From Alphaproteobacteria bacterium (GTDB lineage: Bacteria > Pseudomonadota > Alphaproteobacteria > SP197), in the NCBI GenBank assembly GCA_964291265.2, contig OZ219747.1, positions 3,232,001 to 3,296,000 on the forward strand: a stretch of 64,000 nt of DNA, read 5' to 3'. The notes beneath the pieces are model-generated. The model saw only the letters and a list, made by a program, of their open reading frames with translations. It did not search any database and had not been told where the DNA came from. Below, piece by piece: positions 54,851-64,000 of this stretch; positions within the stretch are counted from its first letter, which is position 1; each line of letters begins with the position of its first letter. The position numbers and the translations under genes are program-made.

Positions 54851-55963
54851 ATGACGGACGATCCGGTCGACATCCGCAAGCATCCGGACTTCCCTGAACT
54901 CGAGGTTCCTGCTCCCTGGGCGAACGAAGGACTCATCGGACACGAGGCGGCCGAGCGCGAGCTTGCCGCTCGGGTGGCTGACGAGCGCATCGCTGGCGCC
55001 TGGATCATCGGTGGCAAGGCTGGCATCGGCAAGGCGACACTCGCCTGGCGCCTGGCCCGGCACCTCATGTGCGGTACGGGCGAGGACCTGTTCGGCGAAC
55101 CTTCGGCCACCCTGGATTTCGATGCAGGAGACCCCGCTGCAGCCTGGATTTCAGCGCGTTCACACGGTGACGTCCTTGCTGTCGGACCGTCCATGAATGA
55201 GCGGGGAAGACGCCGCCGGGAGGTCGTCATCGACGACGTACGCCGTGTCGGGCCCTTCTTCGCCCGGACGGCCGGCAACGATGGCTGGCGTGTCGTCATC
55301 ATCGACGACGCCGACCTGATGAACACGAATGCGGCCAACGCGGTTCTCAAGGTGGTGGAAGAACCTCCCCGTCGCGCGGTCGTGCTGCTCGTCTCCGCGA
55401 TACCGTCCTCGTTGTTGGCCACCATCAGATCCCGGTGCAGGAAGATCACGCTTTCCCCACTTTTGCGTGAACAGGTAAGTCTGTTGCTTGAACAATATCT
55501 GCCGAACCTGGCGGTTGAGGAAAGAGACGCCCTGGCGCAACTGTCAGGTGGCAGCCCAGGGCGCGCCCTGCTTCTGGCCGAGAAGGACGGTCTCGCACTC
55601 TATCGCGAGGTGATCAGCCTGATTGCCACGGCCCCGGACATCGATCCGGCGGCACTTCATCGTCTTGCGGAGCGTCTTGCCCGGCCCGGCGGCGAAGCAT
55701 CCTGGAACCTGGCGTTCGACTTCATCATGGACTGGTCCGCAGCGATCATTCGCAAGGCAACCACGGGCGAGGCCGCGCCTCCCGTTCTGCCGGAAGAGGC
55801 CGAGGCCATGGCGCGCATCGCCGATGACCCTGCCCTTGAACGCTGGATGGCCGTGTGGGAAAAGGTCGCGCACCTGCGCCTGACAGTTCAATCCTTCAAC
55901 CTGGATCGCAGGCAGTCCATCCTGTCGGTATTCGGTACCCTGCAGGCGGCTGTCAGGACCTGA
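54851..55963 (+). CDS. holB: DNA polymerase III delta' subunit
   Basis: GIGKATLA, IIDDAD, AANAVLKVVEEPP and TIRSRC; lies between tmk and metG. Confidence 0.93.
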   Translation: MTDDPVDIRKHPDFPELEVPAPWANEGLIGHEAAERELAARVADERIAGAWIIGGKAGIGKATLAWRLARHLMCGTGEDLFGEPSATLDFDAGDPAAAWISARSHGDVLAVGPSMNERGRRRREVVIDDVRRVGPFFARTAGNDGWRVVIIDDADLMNTNAANAVLKVVEEPPRRAVVLLVSAIPSSLLATIRSRCRKITLSPLLREQVSLLLEQYLPNLAVEERDALAQLSGGSPGRALLLAEKDGLALYREVISLIATAPDIDPAALHRLAERLARPGGEASWNLAFDFIMDWSAAIIRKATTGEAAPPVLPEEAEAMARIADDPALERWMAVWEKVAHLRLTVQSFNLDRRQSILSVFGTLQAAVRT

Positions 55964-56001
55964 GACGCCGTCATCCGTCAGGCGAGGGGAGCCATTGAGG
56001 C

Positions 56002-57543
56002 ATGCGCGACAAGTTCTACATCACGACACCGATTTACTACGTCAACGACAATCCCCACATCGGGCATGCCTACACCACGCTCGCCTGCGACGTGATGGCC
56101 CGCTTCAAGCGTCTCGACGGGTATGACGTGCTGTTTCTGACAGGGACCGACGAGCACGGCCAGAAGGTCGAGAGGGCGGCACGGGAGGCCGGCACCGATC
56201 CGGCGACATTCTGTGACGAGGTTTCGGAGAATTTCCGCAACCTTGCCCGGGAATGGAACTTCTCGAATGACCAGTTCATCCGGACGACCGAGCAGCGCCA
56301 CATCCGCTCTGTCCAGACGTTGTGGCGGCGCCTTGAAGAGGCCGGCGAAATCTATCTCGGAACCTACGAGGGCTGGTATGCCATCCGCGATGAGGCGTTC
56401 TATACGGAGGACGAGCTTGGCGTGGATGGCGCAGGCCGCAAGGTGGCGCCATCGGGCGCTCCGGTGGAGTGGGTGAAGGAGCCGAGTTACTTCTTTCGCC
56501 TGTCAGCCTGGCAGGACCGCCTGCTGAAGCTCTACGCGGACCGTCCCGACTTCATCATGCCCGAAGCGCGACGCAACGAGGTGGTGAGTTTCGTCCGCGG
56601 CGGACTCGACGACTTGTCGATTTCCCGTACGGGCTTCACCTGGGGAATCCCCGTTCCAGGCGATCCCCGGCATGTCATGTACGTGTGGATCGATGCTCTG
56701 GCAAACTACATCACGGCGGCCGGATATCCAGATGATTCGGGCGGGTCATTCGGGTCCTGGTGGCCCGCCATGCACATGGTCGGCAAGGACATCCTTCGAT
56801 TCCACGCGGTGTACTGGCCGGCCTTTCTCATGGCTGCAGGAATCGACGTGCCATGCCGAGTCTTTGCCCATGGATGGTGGACCAGCGAGGGCAGGAAGAT
56901 CTCCAAGTCCCTGGGCAATGTCATCGTGCCCTCCGAGATCGTCGCCCGCTACGGACTTGACCAGGTCCGCTACACGCTGATGCGTGAGGTGAGTTTCGGC
57001 AATGACGGTGACTTCTCGCATCGCGGCGCCATGTTGAGGTGCAACCATGACCTGGCCAATGACTATGGCAACCTGGCACAGCGGGTGCTGAAGATGATCG
57101 CCCGAAACTGCAAGGGAAAGGTGCCGTCGCCAGGCACGCTTCACGATCAGGACCGCGAGCTCCTTGCACGGGGAAGGGGCCTCGTCACGCGCCTGCGCCG
57201 GCACGTGGACGTTCAGGCTTTCCAGTTGATGCTGCGGGATATCTGGGAGGTCATCGGCGCTGCCAACCGCTACATTGATGGCGAGGCGCCATGGAAACTG
57301 AAAGATGCGGATCCGCAACGCATGGAGACCGTGCTCTACTGCACCGCCGAACTGATCCGCATCCTTGCCCTGCTGACCCAGCCCGTGATGCCGGGCTCAT
57401 CGGCCCGGCTCCTCGACCAGCTCGCCGTTCCCGGCGACGGGCGCGACTTTGCCTCGATCGACGAGGCACACAGCCTGCGGCCCGGCTGTCCGTTGCCGGA
57501 ACCCGAGGGTGTGTTTCCGCGTCTCGCCGAGGATGTCCCATGA
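56002..57543 (+). CDS. metG: Methionine--tRNA ligase
   Basis: HIGH, GTDEHG, YVWIDAL and KISKS. Confidence 0.97.
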   Translation: MRDKFYITTPIYYVNDNPHIGHAYTTLACDVMARFKRLDGYDVLFLTGTDEHGQKVERAAREAGTDPATFCDEVSENFRNLAREWNFSNDQFIRTTEQRHIRSVQTLWRRLEEAGEIYLGTYEGWYAIRDEAFYTEDELGVDGAGRKVAPSGAPVEWVKEPSYFFRLSAWQDRLLKLYADRPDFIMPEARRNEVVSFVRGGLDDLSISRTGFTWGIPVPGDPRHVMYVWIDALANYITAAGYPDDSGGSFGSWWPAMHMVGKDILRFHAVYWPAFLMAAGIDVPCRVFAHGWWTSEGRKISKSLGNVIVPSEIVARYGLDQVRYTLMREVSFGNDGDFSHRGAMLRCNHDLANDYGNLAQRVLKMIARNCKGKVPSPGTLHDQDRELLARGRGLVTRLRRHVDVQAFQLMLRDIWEVIGAANRYIDGEAPWKLKDADPQRMETVLYCTAELIRILALLTQPVMPGSSARLLDQLAVPGDGRDFASIDEAHSLRPGCPLPEPEGVFPRLAEDVP

Positions 57544-58325
57544 TGCTTGTCGACAGCCACTGCCATCTCGATTTCCCCGACTTCGCCGATGAGCTCGACG
57601 ATGTCGTCGACCGGGCCCGGGACGCCGGCGTTTCGGTCATGCAGACGATCTCGACGCGCCTCAGCCGCTTCCCGGAGGTGAGGGCGATCGCCGAGAACCA
57701 TGACGGCATCCACTGTTCAGCCGGAGTCCATCCCCACCATGTTGCCGAGGAAGGGATCTGGCCGGCATGCGAGATCGCGGCTCTCGCCGATTGTCCGCAC
57801 GTCATCGGCATCGGCGAGACCGGACTTGACTACCACTATGACAACAGCCCGCGCGAGGCTCAGCGACAGAGCTTCAGGGAACATGTCCGGGCGTCACGCA
57901 GCACGGGTTTGCCGCTCATCGTCCACACCCGGTCGGCCGACGAGGACACCATGGCGATCCTCGAGGAAGAAACGGAAACGGGCGGTTCCTTTCCGGGTCT
58001 CATTCACTCATTCAGCGCCAGCCGGGATCTCGCGGTGCGCAGTCTCAGGCTGGGCTTCTCCATCTCGATTTCAGGGATCGTGACATTCAGGAACGCTTCG
58101 GACCTGCGCGACATCGTCAGGGACATTCCTGGGGAGCGCCTCCTGGTGGAGACTGATGCACCGTTCCTGGCTCCCGTGCCGAAACGCGGCAAGCGCAACG
58201 AACCGGCACTGGTCGTTCACACGGCCCGCTGCCTTGCCGGGCTGAAGGGTGTTTCCGAAGGCGATCTTGCCGCCATCACGACCGACAACTTCTTCCGCCT
58301 GTTCCGCGCCGCACACCGGCCATAA
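57540..58325 (+). CDS. tatD: TatD family hydrolase
   Basis: DSHCH, GETGLDY, HTR and ETDAPFLAP. Confidence 0.95.
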   Translation: MMLVDSHCHLDFPDFADELDDVVDRARDAGVSVMQTISTRLSRFPEVRAIAENHDGIHCSAGVHPHHVAEEGIWPACEIAALADCPHVIGIGETGLDYHYDNSPREAQRQSFREHVRASRSTGLPLIVHTRSADEDTMAILEEETETGGSFPGLIHSFSASRDLAVRSLRLGFSISISGIVTFRNASDLRDIVRDIPGERLLVETDAPFLAPVPKRGKRNEPALVVHTARCLAGLKGVSEGDLAAITTDNFFRLFRAAHRP

Positions 58326-58352
58326 TGTTCCATAATATACCTTATGCGACTT
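58325..58352 (-). other. XerC/XerD dif recombination site
   Basis: Reverse complement AAGTCGCATAA-GGTATA-TTATGGAACAT has the 11-6-11 layout and closely resembles rhizobial dif sequences as I recall them. Confidence 0.85.
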
Positions 58353-59816
58353 TTATTCGACCGTTACCGCACAGTCTCCTCGGATCGAGGCCGTCGTCGA
58401 GGCTGCCTCGCACTGTTGAACGGCGCGTTGTGGTGTTGTCGTCGGTGCAGGTGAGAGCCATTGCTGAAGAGTCGAAAGCGGAGCCATTTCTTCACGTACT
58501 CAAAGTGAGCTCGCCTTGCTGCACGGGGCACAGCACTTCCATACAAGGTGCGCCAGCCACAAGGGTCAGGTTGGGTGCGAGACAAGCGAAGTCCACAGAC
58601 ACGCTGTTTGACTGCATGTTGGAAGGGTTATGAACGATACAACGGACCATGACGTGCCAACGCATACCTTGCGTTGGAGCGTCGATGGGGAAGTTGGGGA
58701 ATGTGAGTGACCCGCCGCCATCGTCATCGTGCGCTGCGGCGGAGTAAGCGTTCGGCCGTGCGGTGATGGCTGATTTTGGTTGGTTTGGGGCTTGCTGACT
58801 ATTGTCTGAGAAAGGGCTGGTAAATCGGTCTGGTCTCGATTATGGTCGGGGCCATGGAGACTTTCGACGAGACGTGCGGAGAGGCACAGCAGCTGACGGG
58901 AGGTGGCGACGGCCTATGTCTGTCGCCAGCGGCCTTGTCATGCGAGGCGCCTGACTGGCGTGCGCTCTATGAGGCGGAGCGGGTTCGTGCGGATGCGGCG
59001 GAAGCGAGCATGCGTGACCTGCGCTGTGCGGAGATTGACGCCCGTGCCCGTGCGGACACATTGCAGTTTGATCTCGACCACACTCGTGATGAGCTGGAGG
59101 CGGCTCGTGCGGACCTGGAGGCGGCTCGTACGGAGGTGCAGCAGGGACAGGACCTGGTGGAGGCGCTGGAGCAGGAAAGGGACGCTCTGAAGAGCCAGAA
59201 CGCTAAACAGAAGAGCGAGCTGAGGAAGCTGCGCGGGACGCGTGACAAGCACGCGAAGGCGCGCTTCGGGTCGAAGAGCGAGAAGCGGAAGAAGAAAGGC
59301 ACCGGGAACAAGCGGGGTCAGCAACCTGGCAAGAGCGGCCACGGGCGCACCCCGCGTCCGAAGCTTGAGGAGAAGCACGAGCGCCATGATCCACCGGCAT
59401 CGCAGCGCACGTGCCCGTGTTGCGGCGAGCCCTATGTGGCCAACGGCAGCCACGAGACCTCGATCATGGAGGTCCATGTCAAGGCTCATGTCCGGCGGAT
59501 TGACCGTGGGCGTTGGCGCCGTGGTTGTCAGTGTTCGTCGGCGCCTGGGGAGATCATCGCGCCGCCACCTTTGCGCTTGTTTGCGAATACCCCCTACGGC
59601 AACAGTGTCTGGGCATGCGTGCTCTATGAGCGCTTCGCCTGCTTGCGTCCCCTGCGCCGGGTCTCGCGATGGCTCAAGGACCAGGGACTGCCGATGGCGC
59701 CGGGAACAATCGCTGGCGGCATGAAGAAGATGACGCCGATGTTCGCGCCTCTCGCTCAGGCCATCCTCGATCATCAGAACCGGCTGACGGTGCGCCACGG
59801 CGACGAGGCCAGCTGG

Positions 59817-61735
59817 GTCGCGGTAGGGATGCGCATTGCTGCGCACCCCCCGCACAGATCCGGACATGGACGTTAATCCATCCGGCTCCTACCTCGGGTG
59901 CTTGACGGTAAACCGCTGGTCCGGCCATGGGTGGCGGATGGAGACGCGCGGCCAAAGAAGCTCGGTCATGCGCTCCAATCGCTTCCAGTCAAAGCAGTGG
60001 CGCTGGGAGCGGCGGCGGATCGCTCGCAGCCATAGGCGTTGCAGCCTTTGGCGGAACGTGCGCAGCCATCGGGTCGACCCCGGAACGGCGAAGTAGTTGG
60101 ACCAGCCATTGACAACTCGCCCAAGCCACATGCCGACCTCCCATATGTCGTGATGCCGTCGATTGCGAAGCACCTCCTCGATGCGCGCCAGGGTCCTTGC
60201 GACCCGTTTTGCGACCGGCTTGCGACCAAGCCTGAAGCGTCCTCTCCGGGTCTCCGTGCAAAAGTGCGTGAAGCCCAGGAAGTCGAACGTCTCCGGCCTG
60301 CCCGCCCCGCGAGATCGCCGGTTCGCCTTGGCAAACCGTCCAAACTCAACGAGACGGGTCTTGTCCGGGTGAAGGGTGAGACCAAAGCGGTCCAGCCTCT
60401 CCCGAACGTCGCGAAGGTATGTCTCCGCATCCCGCTTATGCTGGAACCCGACCACAATATCGTCCGCGTAGCGGACAATGATCGCTTCACCGTTCGGAAC
60501 CTTCGGACGCCATGCCTTGTGAAACCACAGATCGAGCACGTAGTGCAGAACCACGTTCGCCAGGCAGGGGCTGACAATGGCGCCCTGAGGCGTGCCCGCA
60601 CCGGTGTCGCTCCATGATCCGTCGGTCATGACGCCAGCGTTCAGCCACTTGCGGATCAGACGGATCACCCGCCTGTCGCCAATGCGATGCTCCAGGAACT
60701 TGATCAACCAATCCCTCGGGATTGTGTCGAAGTACCCCTGAATGTCCGCGTCGACTATCCAGTTGACCTTGCGCCGCTCGATCCCGAACGCCAGGGCGTC
60801 GAGAGCGTCATGCGCCCCTCGGCCCGGTCGGAACCCGTAGCTGAAGCCAAGGAACTCCACCTCATAAATCGGTGTCAGGATCACATCCACAACCGCCTTC
60901 TGGACGATCTTGTCCTCCAGTGCGGCAATCCCGAGCGGTCGTGTCCCGCCGTCCGGCTTGGGTATCTCAACCCGCCGAACCGGCGGCGCCCGGTACGCTC
61001 CCCCACGATGCAGGCGCGAGTGCAGATCAAGCAAGCGCTCGTCCAGACCCTCGCCATACGCCGCCCACGTCACGCCGTCGACACCTGCCGAGGCTTCCTT
61101 CTTCAAACCGAAGTAGGCCGCCCGGAGCGCGTCCGGCGTAATGTGATGGAAGAGTGCAGTGAGACGCTCCTTCGGGTTCCTCTCTGCAGCTTCCCGTATC
61201 CGGTCCGCCGCCTGTGGCACACTTGCCCGACACTGCGTTCGGTGCGTGCTTTGGCGTCCCGGATTCCCCTTGGTTGAGGCCCTTTCCTCCAGCGACTCCG
61301 CAGAAGCTGACGCTCCCTTGTTCGCCGCCTTCACCGGTCTTACGGCCCCATCCGACTTCTTCAAACCGTTCCTCATAGGCTTCGGCTTTCTCCTTTCCCT
61401 ACACGGTCCCGCCACGACAGGCGGGATAGTTCGAAGACCTCCCAGGGTCCCAACAGAAGGCGTGCGGACGTGCATGGGTTCTCCGACACCGCGGGGCTCG
61501 CCGACATCTCACCAAATCGATGCCTGCGATGTTGCCTTCGACCGATGCGAAAGCCTCGGCACCCCGAACAACGGACTTTTCGGTGCTCATTAGCCCTGCC
61601 CATCCGTACCGCTACCGACGCTTCGCCTGCCCCCTCGCGGGAACCGACGCACGGCTCGCGGAGAAACGTGGTTTGGTTACTCCTTCGTTTCAGGGGACTT
61701 TCACCCCCTGCCTTCCGCCAGTTCGCCTGGCACAC
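59817..61735 (-). mobile_element. Group II intron (1919 nt, class E-like), antisense to tnpC
   Basis: 5' end GTGTGCCAGGCG at 61735; domain V/VI GAGCCGGATG...GTCCGGATCTGTGCGGGGGG...CCCTACCGCGAC ending at 59817. Confidence 0.92.
59889..61220 (-). CDS. ltrA: Group II intron reverse transcriptase/maturase (no endonuclease domain)
   Basis: AGVDG, RPLGI, YGFRPGR, DADI, GTPQG, RYADD and FDFLGFTH. Start approximate. Confidence 0.95.
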   Translation of the reverse strand: MPQAADRIREAAERNPKERLTALFHHITPDALRAAYFGLKKEASAGVDGVTWAAYGEGLDERLLDLHSRLHRGGAYRAPPVRRVEIPKPDGGTRPLGIAALEDKIVQKAVVDVILTPIYEVEFLGFSYGFRPGRGAHDALDALAFGIERRKVNWIVDADIQGYFDTIPRDWLIKFLEHRIGDRRVIRLIRKWLNAGVMTDGSWSDTGAGTPQGAIVSPCLANVVLHYVLDLWFHKAWRPKVPNGEAIIVRYADDIVVGFQHKRDAETYLRDVRERLDRFGLTLHPDKTRLVEFGRFAKANRRSRGAGRPETFDFLGFTHFCTETRRGRFRLGRKPVAKRVARTLARIEEVLRNRRHHDIWEVGMWLGRVVNGWSNYFAVPGSTRWLRTFRQRLQRLWLRAIRRRSQRHCFDWKRLERMTELLWPRVSIRHPWPDQRFTVKHPR

Positions 61736-62506
61736 CGCATCCCCCTCCCTCAAGGCCTCGGGGCGCTCGCAGAAGGCCTGGCTGTGGACCGCGGTCAGCG
61801 CCAACTCCGTCTTCTTCCTCATCGATCCGTCACGCAGCGCCCGGGTGGCCATGGTGCTGTTCGCCTCCACCAAAGGTGTCGTCTTCCTTGTCGTCGACCG
61901 TCACGCGGCCTACAAGAAACTGGAGCGCGTGCTCGATGGCAAGGTGATCCTCTGCTTTTGCTGGGCGCACTCCAGGCGCGATGTGATCGAGGCTGCGGCA
62001 GGCCAGGAGGGGCTGGAAGAGTGGTGCGACAGGTGGCTCGACAGGATCGCGCTGATCTACACACTGAATGGGCAACGGCTGAAGCACTACGATCCCGCAC
62101 GGAAGCGTCAGTCAGCGAGGTTCAATGCCCTGCAGAAGGACCTCCGTGCGGCCGTCGAGGCGCTGTTCAGGCAGGCTCAGGAGGAACTCGACGCCTTGCC
62201 CGAGTGCGTCTTTGTCGACCATCCCCAGGTGCCCATGGACAACAACCTGGCCGAGAGAACCCTCCGGGGTGCGGTGACCGCGAGAAAGCTGAACTTCGGC
62301 TCCGACAGCGAGGAGGGCGCCGCCTTCACCGCCATCATGTACTCGGTCATCGGCACCCTTGCCATGAACAACATCAATGTTCGGCGCTGGCTTCATGAGT
62401 GGCTTGAGGCCTGCGCGCAGAACGGCGGCAAGCCGCCGGATGACCTCGACCCGTGGCTGCCATGGTCGATGAGCCCGGAGCGCCGACGGGACCTCACGGA
62501 ACCGGG

Positions 62507-63094
62507 GTGATCGAGTGCCGTTACTACGGCCGTGACTTCACCGCGCACGAGATGGAGCTGTTGCGCTCCCTGATCACCCAGCACCCCACCCGTGCGGCCA
62601 TCGCCCGCGCCTTCTGCCGCGAGACCGGCTGGTACAAGCCCGACGGCGGCCTCAAGAACATGATGGCGAGTGTCACCTTCCTGGCCATGCACCGCGACGG
62701 CCTCATCACCCTGCCGCCACCCAAGCACCCGCCGGTCCGGCCCAAGCCCATCGTCTTCGGACCCGACAGCGAACCGCCACGCAGCGCGCCTCCCACAACC
62801 CTCGACGAGGTCCGCCCCCTTGCCGTCTCCATCGTCACAGGCGGCACCCGGGAAGGAAAGCTGTGGAACGAGTTCGTCGCCCGCTACCATTATCTCGGCT
62901 ACACGAGACTGGTCGGAGCCCAGATGCGCTACGCCTTCCATGATCGCAACGGAGCGCCCGTCGCCATGCTCGGCTTCTCCACCGCCGCCTGGAAAATCGC
63001 CCCGCGCGACACCTTCATCGGATGGACACCCGAACAGCGGCAGAAGAACCTGCCGCTGGTGGTCGATAATCCAAGGTTCTTGATCATGCCGTAG
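62507..63094 (+). pseudogene. DUF4338 (DruA-like) protein, 3'-truncated
   Basis: YYGRDFT, RYHYLGY, AAWKIAPRDTFIGW and RFLIMP then stop. Lacks the NLAS/ETF half seen in the 17771 fusion. Confidence 0.85.
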
Positions 63095-63364
63095 ATGCCA
63101 TCATAACACCCCATCTCGCTTCAGGGTTGATTTATAACGATTTTCCATTTCGCCTCCTGTGTCAACGGCGTTTTGCCCCGCGTTTTTGCCCCGGTTCGCG
63201 GAGAATCGTCCTTCCCGATGTCTGTCGGCCCCCATGTCTGGCAAGGTTTTTGCGGGTATTCGGGATGATGTGTTCTGTGGTTGTCCACGTGCGGTCCGGG
63301 GTTCTGCCTTGCCGATGTCCTTGCCCTGCGAGCGAGGCGACATGCAGCCTGTGCTTCCGGTGGT

Positions 63365-63618
63365 ATGAGCGGGTTGCCGTCCATTGACCACGGTAACGTT
63401 ACCGGTGAATGCGGTCGCTTTGCCGCCAGCGCTCCCGGACATGGTAACGTTACCGTGTTCAATGGGGTTCCAGGTGTCATGGGTCCCGGCGGCATGAGCG
63501 GGTTGCCGTCCATTGACTACGGTAACGTTACCGATGAGCGCGGCCACCTCGCCGCCCAGCGTCCCCGGGCATGGTAACGTTACCGTGTCCAAGGGGGTTC
63601 CAGGTGTCATGGGTCCCG
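63365..63618. repeat. Two ~130-bp tandem units containing four GGTAACGTTACC palindromes
   Basis: Palindromes at 63392, 63443, 63521 and 63573. Confidence 0.92.
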
Positions 63619-63889
63619 TCCACAAGCCGCGCGGCGGTTCGATGTCCTTGAGGGCCTCGATGTCGGCCTCGACGATGATCTGCAGACGTTCTCCACAAGC
63701 CGTGTCGCGCAGGGAGTCGGGGAGACTGTCGAGACAGTCCTGATCATGCTCCTGCCATGCACCGAGCTCGGCCGCCGCATCGCGCCAGCGTTGCGCACGG
63801 GAGCGGCACTCGCAGGACTTTCGCTGGTGGACGGCAGGGATGCCGTATCTCTCGGCCTGCTCCGGATCACGGGGATGGAACCCGGTCAT
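63607..63889 (-). pseudogene. Degenerate homolog of the 96-aa passenger protein
   Basis: RSRAQRWRDAAAEL...LPDSLRDTACGERLQ...DIEPPRG, frameshift, GRDP*. Confidence 0.8.
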
Positions 63890-64000
63890 GCAAGCCGCTG
63901 CACGGACGGCCATGCAGCCTCGCCGGGCGGTCACAACTCGAACTCGCCCTGGTTCGGGTCCGCGTCGGCGACGCTCCGGCAGCCGGACAGCGCCGCGACG

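Larger units (their letters stand above)
58854..62510 (+). pseudogene. tnpC: IS66 transposase TnpC, interrupted by a group II intron
   Basis: Coiled coil, FGSKSEK, CPCCG, HGDEASW | ...AWLW, CWAHSRR and MDNNLAER. There is a +1 frameshift after the intron and an apparent internal deletion before VFVDHP. Confidence 0.88.
58744..63094 (+). mobile_element. IS66-family element (tnpC + DUF4338, no tnpA/tnpB), right end lost
   Basis: Left end GTAAGCGT at 58744. No matching right IR was found. Confidence 0.75.
63160..64000 (-). mobile_element. End of a second IS21-cargo-type element, continuing beyond the window
   Basis: TGTCAACGGCGTTT...GCGGAGAATCG resembles the 11461 end; it carries a homolog of the small passenger ORF in the same orientation. 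Confidence 0.6.

Noticed and set aside
58360-58743. Non-coding stretch with a hairpin (CCAACGCA-TACCT-TGCGTTGG) after dif
   Set aside because: A single hairpin with no recognisable RNA family or U-tract, so it cannot be called.
59889-61220. RT as a retron, DGR or defence RT
   Set aside because: It has group II intron RNA ends and a maturase domain; no TR/VR pair or msr/msd was seen.
62507-63094. Druantia defence system
   Set aside because: No druB-E genes are present, and both DUF4338 domains lie within IS elements.
63101-63934. 277-aa ORF with GNVT repeats
   Set aside because: It is a frameshifted small-protein remnant reading through the DNA palindromes; GNVT is simply the translation of GGTAACGTTACC.

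Overview
GC-rich window that reads like an alphaproteobacterial chromosome (taxon inferred from gene content and the dif/ROSE sequences, not from a search). It has five parts. (1) 1-7.9 kb: a fatty-acid/hydroxy-acid beta-oxidation operon with a split ACAD10/11-like kinase and acyl-CoA dehydrogenase. (2) 8.5-23.2 kb: a GmrSD-like gene, then an ~11 kb nested mobile island bounded by an ~860 bp direct duplication of an EamA gene 3' end. Inside it, an IS4 is split by a 5.35 kb IS21-family element carrying a Zn-finger ORF, a DUF3991/Toprim primase-like gene and a small helical ORF; a thermonuclease is split by a DUF4338-fused ISAs1; and there is an AbiE toxin-antitoxin pair. (3) 23.5-38.6 kb: amine/amide catabolic genes interrupted by a cluster of a poorly known transposase family (with a MITE and a group II intron 5' remnant) and a repeat-rich surface lipoprotein. 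(4) 39-58.3 kb: mostly housekeeping genes (ibpA with sigma32 promoter and ROSE, dinB, ettA, rsgA, mltB-rlpA-dacA-tmk-holB-metG-tatD) plus an ATPase+DUF4276 pair. (5) Directly after tatD, an alphaproteobacterial-type dif site, then an IS66 interrupted by an intact antisense group II intron, a DUF4338 gene and the end of a second IS21-cargo element with GGTAACGTTACC palindromes. The best candidate for an undescribed system is the IS21 element carrying a primase-like cargo module. All family assignments come from motif recognition by eye; no database searches were run.
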